A stretch of DNA of 64,000 bases from Octopus sinensis (Eukaryota), in the NCBI RefSeq assembly GCF_006345805.1, contig NC_043002.1:2480001-2544000 (forward strand), written 5' to 3'. Position 1 is the first letter of the stretch, and every line of letters begins with the position of its first letter. Below the pieces are notes generated by a model. It was not told the origin of the DNA, did no database searches, and worked only from the letters and a program-made list of their open reading frames with translations. Below are positions 11,107 through 25,590 of the stretch, one piece after another. A program made the position numbers and the translations under genes.

Positions 11107-11924
11107 AGTAGCATGGCTTGCTAGCCGTCGATGCCTATTCTGCTGCCTCTATATTATTTATCGGATTAATTTATTGGATTAAGATCGTCTTTCCCCTGCC
11201 CCCCCCCCCACCGTCAGTCGCTCAGGTGTTTTTGTTTTTCCGCTCATTCAAGAGATTATTGGGTTTTTTTGCAAGTATTTTAGCAATAGGTCTGTCATTG
11301 CCAGTTGTTTCGATTTTGTTGGAAGGGTTGCATTCTCTAGACTCTGGGACTAATTGTTAAGTTGTAAAGAGTTAAACAACCACGAAACTATTCTAAGAAT
11401 CCTAACAAAATAATAATACATGTCTTGCAAACAACTTGCACGTGCAAGTGCTACCAGTCGAGAACTCCGCATACCGGAAGCCAGCAAGTATATGGGGTCA
11501 TCAAGAGAGAATGCGCGCCGTTTCGGGTTCTACCTCTTGACAGCATCAATGCGCACCGGGCCCCCTCACTGATATTAGGCCCCACTTTCTAGATCAACTG
11601 ATTATCAAATAAAGCTCAATATTCTTCTAGCCATCGCTCATCGTCTCTTTTTAACCAAATCCAATGGATAGCCTTCTCCACTGTAGTTTGGATATCGGTC
11701 ATAGTGGTATTTATTTTACGGTGAGTTAGGCCAAACAATAACAACAGTCGTCTCACACTGTGTCTAACAAACCCTCTACATCGAACTTCGATTGGAAAAT
11801 GCTCCGCTTTCCAGCCTATGTTTCAATAATCAGACATTTAACAAGCTTATAGAAAGTTACATTAGAAATATTGAAAACAAATCTAGTGAAAGGTTGTCCT
11901 TTTGTTTCTATTTTATTGATTCTT

Positions 11925-12232
11925 GCGAAGGTTCATGACCTAGTGGTGATGCTGTTGCACTCACGATCGCTAGATCGTAGGTTCGATTTCCTGACTGGAC
12001 GGTGCATTGTGTTCTTGAGCAAAACATTTGATTTCACGTTGATCCAGTCCACTCAGCTGCAAATGGGTCACCCTATGATAGAGTAACCTTTCGATCGGAG
12101 GGAATGTTAACCTACTCGCCCAGTCAGCAGGGTGGCATCATTCGAAAGCTAAAACAATGCAAATGCGCATTGTGACCAGCGATGTATAACAGCATCTGAT
12201 AGCCTGGTCGGTCACGTGATATGATCACGTGA
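11925..12232 (+). mobile_element. tRNA-derived SINE family C
   Basis: A-box-like TGACCTAGTGG, B-box-like GGTTCGATTTCC, TTGAGCAAAACA...CACTCAGCTG central domain. Confidence 0.75.
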
Positions 12233-12324
12233 GTTCCTGTTAATACAGTCTCCCTCCAAGATCCCCTTCAAAAACCTGACTCGTTTGGTGCTGTTGGGTC
12301 TCGTGTTTTGCTTTGAATCTTTTA

Positions 12325-12540
12325 CGTTTTACTTGTTTCAGTCATTAGACTGGTGCCATGCTGGAGCACCACCTTTAGGAATTTTAGTCGAACGAATCGA
12401 CCGCGGTACTTATTTCTCTCTCTAAGCCTGGAACTTGTTCTATGGGTCACTGTTGCGGAACTACTAAATTACAGGATGTAAACACACCGACACCGATTGC
12501 CAAGCATTGGTGGGGAAGGACAAACACAGACACACACATG

Positions 12541-12623
<83 letters not shown>

Positions 12624-12780
12624 ATGTATGTGTGTTTGTATAAATGACAGTCTTCATATGGTCGACTCGATGCTATTGTAGATATATTTAGTATATCCAA
12701 GGTGCCACACAGAGGGACTGAACCCGGAACCACAAGGTTGGGATGGAAGTTTCTTACCACACAGCCATGCCTCCGCCTAT
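12325..12780 (-). mobile_element. SINE family A, near full length with internal deletion
   Basis: Head at ~12780, internal (TA)n, ...GACTGAAACAAGTAAAA tail at ~12325. Confidence 0.88.
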
Positions 12781-13017
12781 CTCGACTTTACCAAATGCTG
12801 CTTTTTATTCCGTCGGACTCTTCGTCATTGAGCAAACTCTTTTTCATTTCATTCTGGCCACTCCTTTGTTTATATATTTCATTTCCGTCTTTTATGATTA
12901 ATGATTGAGAGATTTCTTTCATTATTTCCCTTTTCTGTCGACCATGATTTAATTTTTTATTTATAAATTCCTGAATAAAATATATGGTGGAAATACCTAT
13001 TTCATTATTTACATATT

Positions 13018-13297
13018 TACGCCATATGCCCACGGGCATATGGCGTAGTGGTTAAGAGCGCGAGCCACTGACCTCAAGATACCGAGTTCAGTTCCAGGCA
13101 GTGACCTGAATAATAATAATAATAACAACATTGAAAAATACCTTAGGAATGAGAACCCAGGTTTGAAATTTCCCCAAGACACCTGATGAAGGCTGGAGGG
13201 TGTACCAGCTGAAATGTTGTGTTAACAAGATGAGGATAAATATCTGTCAAATGTAAATAATGTAAATAATTCCTCATCTCTTAAATATAGAACTGAA
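13018..13297 (+). mobile_element. tRNA-headed SINE-like element carrying a hammerhead, with 5' fold-back
   Basis: A box TGGCGTAGTGG, B-box-like GAGTTCAGTTCC, (AAT)n linker, HHR at 13178-13223, 14-bp perfect 5' hairpin; body homologous to 17100-17320. Confidence 0.75.
13178..13223 (+). ncRNA. Minimal type I hammerhead motif
   Basis: GACAC-CTGATGA-A-GGCTGG...CCAGCT-GAAA-TG-TT^GTGTT; stem III ATGT is likely CpG-decayed ACGT. Confidence 0.65.
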
Positions 13298-13911
13298 GAC
13301 CTATTTCCCTCTTTTATTTATTTCCTTTGGTATAGTCCAGATTACTCTCGTAGTCAAAATTTCTAGCTTTAAAAGTTTCTATATGAAATGTGTTCGTACC
13401 AGAGCGTAACTTCCCCTGGCGAGGAATAGTTTTCATAAGGTAACAGGGGACACGATGACCCTGATAGAGTCGTTGTATGAATTTTGTTTTCATTACACCG
13501 GGTATAACTTCATTTATATCTTCTTCTGTTTTTAATAGTTGCTGGAGGTTTTTTTCGCTCTATTTATTTTATTTTGTTCACTATGTGTTAAAAGTAAAGA
13601 AGAAATGGTTCTACGGTCATCGGAGAAATGGCCATGTTTTACTTGCGGAAGTCGACAAGAATTCAGTAGTGTGTCCCCAATGTGAAGTACAGAAGCACAA
13701 AAAATGCAGTGGGGTCAGTTTAGCTGACATCGGTGTCGCTAGCAGTCAGAATACACGTGATGTGTGATGAATTAATTCATTGCCGCAGAAAACTCCTTAG
13801 AAGTAGCTGAGGGCATTTTTACCAAGATGACTTAATTAATCGTGGAGGCAGGAGTTTCGAAGAGCGGGTTGCAAGACTTTGAGAACAAATTTAGATTTGC
13901 TGCTATCAAAA

Positions 13912-13917
<6 letters not shown>

Positions 13918-13983
<66 letters not shown>

Positions 13984-14019
13984 CTTTCTTTCTTTCTCTC
14001 TCTCTCTCTCTCTCTCTCT
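13918..14019. repeat. (CT)n/(CTTT)n microsatellite
   Basis: Directly visible. Confidence 0.95.
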
Positions 14020-14901
14020 AGTAAAGGGTGTATTGTACGATGCTTGTGAAAGAAATGAAACACTGCATGGTAGTGAAATGATGACCTTCAACGCTCTGAG
14101 CATGCGCCGCTGCATGTGTAATATTGAGGCTCATAGTTTGTTGTGATTCGATTTTTGTTCAGGTAAATTTCTCCACTTAGTATAAATGCCTGGATTGTTC
14201 TCTACGATATCAATTATGACATTCTATCTGATATCCTCGGTTCTATCCGGGATGGTGTCTTCGTTGCTTGTCCATGAGTTCTTTCGTCAACTGCTGCTTA
14301 GGATAATATTGTGTGTTATTCCATGAATTCAGCTGGATGTTATTCTATGCCTTGCTGTCTGTGTCATACTGTGTGATATTCCCTGTGTGATATTCAGCAT
14401 TACAGACGTGTATGCAATATTGTCTCTTTATTTAATCATTCAATCTGCTTTTTACGATTTCCTGTTTTCTTTTCTAGTATTTTTTTATTTTTTTCTTTCT
14501 TCAGATATGTGTTTATTTCAGCTTTAAATAATTGAGGAAGGTTTAGTTACTGTTTCTAGAAGATTCAGCGATTGCGTATCTATTTCAAAAAGGATTGTCT
14601 CTATTTTAAGACGGAGTGTTAAGCTGACACCTTTATAAATAACATTATTAACGTGAGACGAATGAAAGTTTTTTTGGGTTTTTTTTTGTTCCGAATTCTT
14701 TGCTCCCCAGGGTCTTATTATTTTTTCTCTGCAACGATCGCCTTCGTTTACAAATACTGACCTGTTACTGCCGAAAGTCTATCTTACTCTACGAAGACAA
14801 ACTCTAAAATTCTATAAATATAATTGTTGACCTCTCTCTGTCATAAACTGTACGAAACCATTTCAAACTATTCAGTCTGTGTTTTATAGTTTTACTATGA
14901 C

Positions 14902-14934
<33 letters not shown>

Positions 14935-15161
14935 AGAGACAGCAAACCCAACATAAAGTCAGATAAGAGGAAAAAAATCTATCAGAAAGGAACTTTATCT
15001 ATCTTAAAAAAATATCTTTTGATAAGCATAACAAATGCGCAACCGGTAAAAAGAACTCTCACCTAATTAAAATACTTAAATTACTTAAATTATTTTGTCA
15101 GCATTTTCTTCATTTCCTTTTTTTATATATCACAACTCGTGTTCCACATCTCCTTTTTTAA

Positions 15162-16100
<939 letters not shown>

Positions 16101-16139
16101 ATATATATACACATGTGTGAGTATGTGTTTATGCATGTA

Positions 16140-16189
<50 letters not shown>

Positions 16190-16699
16190 TATATGCAACA
16201 GAATTCTGAGAGTGTGTTAGTGTTTCGACTGCATTCTGAACATTCCAGCTCATTAACAATGGCAGAGATGGAACGAAATATAAACAAGCTGAACCGAACG
16301 CACTGTGAGGGCGGTGGGGTGGGGGTTGAGAGTCATGCTGAAAACAAGATAAATAAAGATTCACCATTTCGGGGGTGTTGGATGTTTGCACTCTGCTACC
16401 CCCACCCCCCGCTGGAAAATCCACCTCGTTAATAATCAGCCAGATGGAATAAAAACAAAAGTATATATATTCAGAATTGGCATTTAATTTTAAAACTTTT
16501 TACTTCCCGTTTCGATAGCAACACATCTAATTAGCTTCTCTCCCGCTGCTGCTTTCTTTTATGTGAAACTGAATTATTATTGCATCATCAGTGAGACTTC
16601 TTATCAAGCATCGCGTATTTCAGTTTTTCCTCAGATACATTGCCGTATCGGTTCGTATTGCAATGTAAACATGTTGGATCCTATCATATACATACATAC

Positions 16700-16773
<74 letters not shown>

Positions 16774-16782
16774 GTATGTATG

Positions 16783-16825
<43 letters not shown>

Positions 16826-17099
16826 ATGTAGATATAGAGATATAGATATATATATAACATTAGATATGTGCGATAAATACGTAAGATGTTACATTAGATA
16901 TAGTGAAATAACTTTTTATAACTATTCTCCTGAATAAACACGACGTGTTGTACGTGTGAAATTGTTCTGTTTGAACAGCTCTAGAAGATGTTATTGTTGC
17001 CTCATAGAAGATTATATGGCGGTAATTACACCATTCTCCACTCATAAACTTAATGTCTACGCGTATAGAGAATTTTTATTTCATTTGTATTTATTTAGA

Positions 17100-17321
17100 T
17101 TATTTACATTCGACGGATATTTGTCCTCATCTTGTTTGTTGTTAACACAACGTTTCGGCTGATATACTCTCCAGCCTTCATCAGGTGTCTTGGAGAAATT
17201 TCGAACCTGGGTTCTCATTCCTAAGGTATTTTTCGATGTGTTAATAACAAGCAAGGTGAAAACATATATCCGTCAAATGTAAATAATGTACATATTTCTT
17301 CATCTCTTTAATATAGAGCTG
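17100..17321 (-). mobile_element. 5'-truncated, inverted copy of the 13-kb hammerhead element
   Basis: 17100-17238 is the reverse complement of the 13130-13260 body; 17240-17321 is its 3' end in + orientation. Confidence 0.85.
17144..17189 (-). ncRNA. Minimal type I hammerhead ribozyme
   Basis: GACAC-CTGATGA-A-GGCTG...CAGCC-GAAA-CG-TT^GTGTT; ACGT palindrome. Confidence 0.75.
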
Positions 17322-17599
17322 TATTGTTCATTTGTATTGTCAACGTTCTTGGGGAATGCCTGAACGCTTATGATAAATTCTCATCTTCAAAGCTTTCACA
17401 GTGGCCAGCGAAAGTCAATGAGGGGACACCTCAGTGTAATTCCCATGGATGCAACCACAGAACGTCATGGTTACCAAAAAATAATGAACGGGACATAAAC
17501 GTAGAAGGCGTAAAAGGGACATCAGGTCAGGTCAAATGTGAGCGCATGCGCCGTTGCAGCACGTGATTGCATTCACCATTTCTTTATATATTCCCAGGT

Positions 17600-18375
17600 C
17601 CTCCCGGACGACCCGTCAAGCAGAGGTTTCATTAGTCCCTATCTCCACATGATACATCCTTGTCTTCTGTGACCATGTGGCATGTGGTCGACCAACACGA
17701 GCTGTCAACCCAGCCGAATCCTTACTGAAGAGAATACGGCAAGCAGAGTCGAACTCGAAAAAGCAAGCAAAATGGCCAAACCGTCTGAGCTGGTGTTCCT
17801 AAATCATACACGTAACCGGATTCCTCCCAGTTTGTGATTAAAGTCGTTGGTTGGATACGAAATCCGACCAGTGCTAAGCCATAATCCTGCGAAATGTCTT
17901 TGTACCTATGTCGACCTCCACAAAGCGTTTGACTCGGTGAAGAGGGATACGCTGTATACCTCCGCAACTCATAGGGCTGCTGATGACCCTGAACACCGGA
18001 ACATCCGGTGCAGTTTGGATTGCGGGGCTCAGTATCTGACTTTTTCCCAGTTAGTTCTGGGGACCCGTCAAGGTAGTATCTTGGCTCCTATTTTGTTGAA
18101 TACCTACATGGAACCTGATACTCGGTCAAATTGTGGCTCGATCGAGCTGTGGTGCACTCATTGGGGGTGGGGACTAGAATTACAGACCGAGATTTTGCTT
18201 ATGACGTAGTTATTCTTGCTGAGTCTCTGGATCCCCTAAGAAGCGCGCATTCGTTTCACTGAGGAAGGAAGTGGAACCCCTTGGCCTTAGAGCCTCCTGG
18301 GTTAAGACAAAGATCCAGTCTTTCGTTGGTTTCTTGGAGGGCTCTACCTCGTTCAGGGTGAGAATGTCGAAGTAG
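17600..18375 (+). pseudogene. RTE-clade LINE reverse transcriptase relic
   Basis: YVDLHKAFDSV, GTRQGSILAPILLNTYM, DFAYDVVILAES and GLRASWVKTK motifs across frameshifts. Confidence 0.85.
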
Positions 18376-19438
18376 AAAGTGAGAAAAGGAAGAAAAAAAA
18401 ATGGACATCGGTGAATATTAATTCTAGAATAGAAAATATAAACGGTTTACTTGTTCTGTATACACATATTATACACACTTCGCATATATACATATACTAT
18501 ACACATTTGTTTTCTTTATACGTACTGTACTCACTCGCTGTATATACATCTACTATACACACTATATATACACGCACTATATACACTTGCTATATATACA
18601 CGCGCTCTGTATCAATTTATATGGAAAAGAGCCCAGAGCCAATTGAGAGAGCCCAGAGGTGGTCCACGTTGCAGAAATAGCAGTTAAATCAGCATAAAAT
18701 GAAACGAACCATCTTAAGCAAGAACACACGGGATAAAGTAGTACTAAATATCCTCAAAAGATGGGGTGATTAACACAAAGCAACAATATTAATTCACTTT
18801 CTCCCAGTACTCATTAACACCCACACTTATACATACACGTTATATTTAACACGTTCGAGTGTATTCAGACATGTGAAAATCTTACGCTGTGGAAATAGCC
18901 CTGGGAGAAAAATCTTCTCGAAACGTTTGAAGACATACATTGGACTATGAACGACATCATTGGATTGTAGGATGAATGAATTTGTACGTTCTTTTCCTCT
19001 GTCAACTACGAACAACAAATCTGACATTCACAACCCTGAAGAACGAATTTGTTCTTGGTTGTTCTTATTAGTACAGAATACGGTGCGTCTACTGATGTGT
19101 GTAAAGCTTGATCAAAGATAAAAGTTGCACAATGGAGCGTTGCATAAACTATATATGGGTAAAATCATATTTAACGCGTTCATATGCATTTGGACGTGAG
19201 AAGTACTCCCGCTGGGGAACTTGTACCAATGATTTCTACACGTAACTCTGATAAGTCTGATTTGGTGTGTTTCATTTCAATGTCACATGAAGAATCAATA
19301 TTTGCATATATTACTTCATAATATTGCAAGATTGATGAGATCAAATTTAGATGAAACAATTGTAAAGTGATGTATTAGAAAGATTTGCTCATTCCATTCT
19401 TGTTTTTTAATCATAAATAGATAGATAGATAGACAGAC

Positions 19439-19552
<114 letters not shown>

Positions 19553-20343
19553 TGGGGTTCAAAATGGAAGTACATGACTTATAACCAGTACTTTGAACTC
19601 CATGTATATCATTGTAGGTCGAAAGAGAAAAGTACAAAAAGGATCCGGCTATCATTGTACAAATTTCTTTGAACAGGCTCCTCTAGTTATAAACTGCCTC
19701 TCCAGATTTACTTTCCATATGTCCGTAAATGTCTATTTCTATGATTGTGTGTGCGTGTGTGGGTGTGGGGGTGTGAAGATGGGTGTGGTGTGTGTGTGTG
19801 TATGCGTGTGTATTTATGCATTTGGATATATATGTATATTATGTAGATTGTGTTATAATCCAAGCTGTGACTCCGTCAAACACGTCTACTTATTCCAGTA
19901 AGCCCAAGGCGTCTATAGACGTTATATTTTTTATATTTATATATTATAATTACATATCAAAAAAAGAAATTTGAGTAAAATACTCTGATATTATTTATTC
20001 CTCATTACAACTATTTCATTTGCTAAAACGAGTCGCAAAATTGTACACGGAGGAACAACATGTCAAATATCTCTTATCATTTGATTCTCTCTCTGAAGAA
20101 TAGGAAACATCATACATGTTTCTCCGACGTGTAAATTTTGTATCTCCTATTAGCAGCTGAAACACGTGTAAAGGCGAATAAAAAATGTCAAAAACATATT
20201 TTTTCGACTCTTCTGCTTACATATGTATGTATATATATATGAGCTTTCGAAATGTATGCAAGCGCATATGTAAGTGTGTGTGTATGTGTGTGTGTTTGTG
20301 CGTGTATATGTATGTGCTTGCTTGTGTTTGCAAGCATATATTC

Positions 20344-20412
<69 letters not shown>

Positions 20413-20429
20413 AGATGCCAACATATCGT

Positions 20430-23400
20430 TTTATCCATTGGGAGTTGATATAATGAGACATCTGTTAACTACACCATGCCCACCACCACTAGGTTCAGCT
20501 TGTGCTCAAGAACCTGATCTGTTTCGATTGGGAAATTCCACAGAATTTTTCAGGTCCCCGACTCCGCCACTCTCTATGGTTTGTGTTCATACAACGGCTC
20601 GCTTCTCACTCGACTCCACAATACTTTCCCTTCCTCATCGTGTCGCCACAACTTGTAGTGGTTTCAGACAAATCAAGAGATGGGCAATGTTTTCGTCCAC
20701 TCTGTATTGCAGATTCGAGACAGCGGAGACACTTGCTCATCCCTAAGTTTGACCCTTCAATTTAACGCCGAAGCTTGATCTTGTGCTGTCAGTAATAAGG
20801 TGCTCCGAGTCCCCTTTTTCAGTGCTCCTTTCTTCTGACAGCCCCCTAATGTTTTCCAGCAACTTTTGTTGTAGCTACGTGGAACTGACAGCGTGGTCCC
20901 TTGTTGCGCAGTGCTTCTTCATGTCCTTCCTGTTTTGTTTTGTTCCTTTTTAGTTTACTCTGCTTTGTTATCCTTATCTGACACTAGCAAGGTTTCTTAC
21001 TTTGGGATAGGCATCTCATTAAGCTCTCGAGTTCATACCTACGCTGTCTTCCACACTCATCAGTCCCCTTCTCTCATTTGCTCTTTTCGTGTATAGGCGA
21101 TCAGTACCTGTACGTGGAAGATGGGCTCCGTGCATCGTTAGGAGCTTTCTTGTCTTCCTGTCCAACTCCTTCAGGATTCCACTTCAGGATTCCAGCGCGA
21201 GTTTATTGCCGAAATTGTTCCTGGGATTCAGCTACGAAACCAATATTTTTCTCACTCGCCGCCGGTACTCTTTCTTTGTTTTTTTCTTTCATATCGCTGT
21301 GTTTAATTCCATCAAGTATTTCCAGATATTTATATCAAGATTCAGGTTCAACGGTCTTCATCATTTCACTTAATCTGTTTAACACTTGGTATATATACAC
21401 CCTCTGTCCTGACAAGCTTTCTTCGTCTCATCACCATCGCAGCAAATTTTGAAATTCCAAACTCCATCTTGATAACATCCGAGAATGTCCGCACACACTG
21501 GACTAGGCTGTCCAGTTTTGCCTCTAATTTTGTGAACAATTTCAAGTTATCTATAAATAGCAAGTGGTTCGGTTTTCCCTTAACCCTTCCCAGATCATAC
21601 CCCAGCTTTGTTTTCTGCAGCATTTCACTCAGGGGAATCATTCCTAGTACAAAGATTAGTGGGAACACACTGTATCCGTGGTAGATTCCTCTCTTAGTTT
21701 TCACCTCTCCCAATACCTGATTCCTTGCTGTCAATTCATTTCTCCAATATTTCATGCTGCTCCATATAAGGCATTTCGTGTTTTCTGCTACTCCATACAT
21801 TTCCATTGTTCTTCTTATCCAAGATGTGGTATCTTATTGCATGCCTTGCGATAATCTATCATATTTGTTTATCTTCTCTTGCAGTTTATGATAATTAGAT
21901 TATCAATTAACAGATGAACTTTCGTCCCCCGGTTTCTCTTGCAGCACCCTTTCTCTTCTATAGGCAGCATCCCACATTTTTCTAAGTATTTATACGATTC
22001 AGTGGAACAAAGCACTTGAACATATTTTCCACATTAGCGCAAGACGCGTTATTGGTCTAAAGTCAGATAAAGTATCGCCCTTTCCAGGATCCTTGCCGTT
22101 GGATTCTGCGTCTTCATGCAAGCACTCATCTAACTGTTGCGCTATCCTTTCATGGAGCCCTCTCAGTTTCTTCATCCAATACTGTTGGACACCATCCGAC
22201 TCTGGGCTCTTCCAATTTGGGATTTTCCTTAACTTTTTTTATAATTTCTGTTGTTATTTTTGTTGCCTTGAATTTGTATATTTCTTAGCCTATCTTGGAT
22301 TTCATTTCTTAACATTTCTTGGATTTCATTTCTTAACCCATCTTGGATTTCATGCTGCCACTGCGCTTTATCATTATGCTTTACAGGTTGATGCCAGATT
22401 CCTCCCCAGAATGCCTTGATTTCGCCTGCATCTGGTATCAATGTTAGATATAATTGCCCATCTAGTTCTTCAAATATTTTTTTCGTAAATGGCTTCAAAC
22501 AATCTGTTCTGCTTGAATTGTTTTGTTCTACTGTCATATCTTTCCAGTTTTGCCTCGATTGCTACAACTCTTCCTTTCAAGTCTTCCAATATCTCAACAA
22601 ACCCTTTATCGCCGCTTATTCTATATGTTCTTTCTAATCTTATTCTTGTGCTTTCGTTTTGCAATTTCCCCACTTTCAATCTTTCAATTTGTGCCAAATT
22701 GTACAGCAGCAGCGTGGAAGAAAATCTTCCTTTAATACAAAATGAATGTACAGAATTTTGAGATCTCTTACAATTAGATCTAAAATGTAGGTAGGATAAT
22801 TTCATAAAATCCAGCGGCATTTCTTTACAAAAGGAGATAATCCAGTGAAAAGCAAAGACAAAAATTATATCGCTGCTTACTAAAAGGCAAAAGAGGATTA
22901 AATTTTTGCTTGCGTCAAATGGTACAACTATAACTGAAAAAGATAAAATTTCTGACACTCTCAGCTGCACGTTTAAAGTAGAAGACTCAATCAAATCAGA
23001 AGCTGAAATTATCTGACACATCCTTAATTATACATTTGTGCCTCAGAGAGGCAATAACAAGGGAGACAATAACAAATACCGGAAAGAACGTACATTCTAG
23101 AATAATCGAAACGTTTTTATTGCAAGATGGGAGAAGGAATAAATCTGGATTAGCAAAAGATGACCTGTGATCAGATGCCGTCAAAATGGATGTTGCAAGT
23201 CCTAACGATGCCCGGAAGCCACAGAGCCATACAGAAATTGCGGCCGGTAGGGGCGCTGAAACGAAGAAAATGAGATTAATAAGTCAGAAAGCCTAGTTGC
23301 TATATATGTCAGAGTAAACACATTTTAGAGCCGAATTTCCGGAAGAACTGGAAATATAAGCAAGAATAGGAAAGCTAAAATAATCGTGATCACCATCAAC

Positions 23401-23900
23401 AAGAAAAAGAATAAACTGCAGTTTCCGGGGCACCACCAGGGAAAACATTGTGAATTGCAAGTGTATTAACTTCATTCTAAATATCATACAAAGATGAGCA
23501 AATATATCGTTCCCTAAGCGAACCAATTTACAGAACTTCACAGTCAACGATCGATGAAGAAGAGAAAATAATTACAGATAAAAATACACAAACAGTTGAT
23601 GAATATACGAAAGAGAAGATGGAAAAAGAATCGAGAAAAGCAAAGCTCAACATAAAATTGACGAGGAACAATTTCTTACAAAATAACAAAGAAAATGAAG
23701 AGAACATATATGAACTAAGATTCCCCATTCTTCGAAAATCAGACAAGCACTTAATAGACCAAACTGTGTATTTGTGATATTGCGGGTTTCCAAAGAAATA
23801 AGAATGAAACAAGAACAGGTTCAAAATATAAACATATAAAAGACTGATTATTGGTAAAATTAAAATCAAAGGTTTACACAGAACTTAAAAGAGATCAGCC
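20430..23900 (-). mobile_element. Decayed RLE-type (R4/Dong-like) LINE, near full length
   Basis: [63 protein letters not shown], plus decayed C-terminal RLE region; many stops and frameshifts. Confidence 0.88.
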
Positions 23901-24115
23901 TCAAGATACAAGTGTTTTTCAGCGGTGTATGTTTCGAAATTGCAATGATCATTTGTGCATACTGTTGCCTTTTCGCAGCAAAAATTGAGGAATGGTTAGG
24001 CGAAGTAGGTCGTGGAGTGCCCTAGATTAACATAGCCACGAATCTTTCGTTTTATACAGTTCAAATCATTGTGGTTTGTTATATAGCATCTTATTTCCCT
24101 GCAAAAATAGACGTG

Positions 24116-24225
<110 letters not shown>

Positions 24226-24353
24226 ATATAAAGATGGGAGAGAGAGAGAGAGATAGGTAGATAGATAGATAGATAGATACATACATACATACATACATAC
24301 ACAAACACAAACAAAAATACAAACACGCACACACATATACATGTATACATATA

Positions 24354-24399
<46 letters not shown>

Positions 24400-24849
24400 T
24401 ATATATGTCTGTATGTTTAGACGTTCACATTTTGCATGTGTGTGTGTGTGTATGTGTGTGTGTCTGTGTGTGTATGTGTGTGTCTGTGTGTGTATGTGTG
24501 TGTCTGTGTGTGTATGTGTGTGTCTGTGTGTGTACCTTGAAAATTGTAAACACGTTATTCTCTCCATTCCTTTCCTGTTTGAAAAGATGCTTTTGTCTCC
24601 TCCACATTTCTTTCTTTCTCGCTAACCCTATTCTCATCATTAACATCATCAATATTATTGTTATTGTTATCTGCAGTGCATGCCATCAAAGTGACACTGG
24701 GGTAAAATATACGAAGCCCAGTATACGCATCATGACTACCCGTCTGATAAGAATACACCAGGCACATGCATCACAATAATATGTGCGTGACATGGTGATC
24801 TCATATCAAGATAAAACAGCACATGACCTTGCAGGTAGGGCTCAGATAG

Positions 24850-25385
24850 AATTTTCTTCAGGTTGAGTAGCCCATCCCACTACAGAGCTTCCAATGGATC
24901 ATTCTTGCCACATTGCCATGGCGTCTTTTGTATTCGCGTTGTGCCAATTTCGGGCATTCGCTAACGGTGTTCCATACTGTTACACCCTTCTCACCACACA
25001 TTCTGCATTTGTCGCTATCGGTTGTGTTGTCAATTCTGCACTTCATATAGTTGGTCCTTAACTCTTACTCCTGAGCAGCGCACATGAGTGCTTCTGTCTC
25101 TATCTTCAGGTCACTCCTCCCCATCCATGGCCACTGGTCCTCTGCATCTGTCTTGGCGTTCTCATCTCTTGCAAACTGATCCAACATTTTCTTTTCCTTC
25201 CATGATTTTTCTTTATTTTCTTTCATTTCTTGTTTAAATTTTTCTTTCCTTACAAAATTCTCAGTTTTGATGACGCCGGCCTTCTTCTTCGTGTTTCAAC
25301 ACCGGCTCCATGGCAATTTTCATTTACCACCCTATGATGTTTTCCTCCGTGTACTGTCAACATGTTTCTGGTCTTGGTATCCATT
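24850..25385 (-). pseudogene. RLE-type LINE fragment (CCHC region)
   Basis: KCRMCGEKGVTVWNTVSECPKLAQREYKRRHGNVARMIHWKLC. Confidence 0.88.
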
Positions 25386-25395
25386 TTCTTCATTT

Positions 25396-25590
25396 GACAA
25401 CCGGGGTTGGTGTGTTGACGTCGCCGTGACCAAGCGGTTCGGCTAAAAACTACGATAGAATACGTACGTGGCTTAGAAAAAGAAAATTAAGGGTTTAGTC
25501 GATTGATTCGACTAGAACATTCTTCAAAGCGGTGCCCCAGCATGGCCGTAGTGAAATGCCTGAAACAAGTGAAAGAAAAAAGATACTACT
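25396..25590 (+). mobile_element. SINE family A, 3' half
   Basis: GGCGGTG(C)CCCAGCATGGCCG...TGAAACAAGT.AAAGA tail. Confidence 0.8.

Noticed and set aside
13034-13107. tRNA-like sequences (also the heads at 11925, 27105, 37129, 38852 and 55455)
   Set aside because: They have A/B boxes but no complete cloverleaf and continue into SINE bodies, so they are SINE heads rather than tRNA genes.
16520-16595. Minus-strand CTGATGA...ATCGAAAC
   Set aside because: No stem I complement and stem II is not adjacent to the core.
17724-18030. CTGAAGA and CTGATGA inside the RTE relic
   Set aside because: They lie in RT-coding sequence and lack a correctly placed stem II, GAAA and stem I.
18885-18935. CTGTGGA...GAGA/TCTC-GAAACGTT
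   Set aside because: An 11-nt insertion separates core from stem II and stem I is poor; at best heavily decayed.
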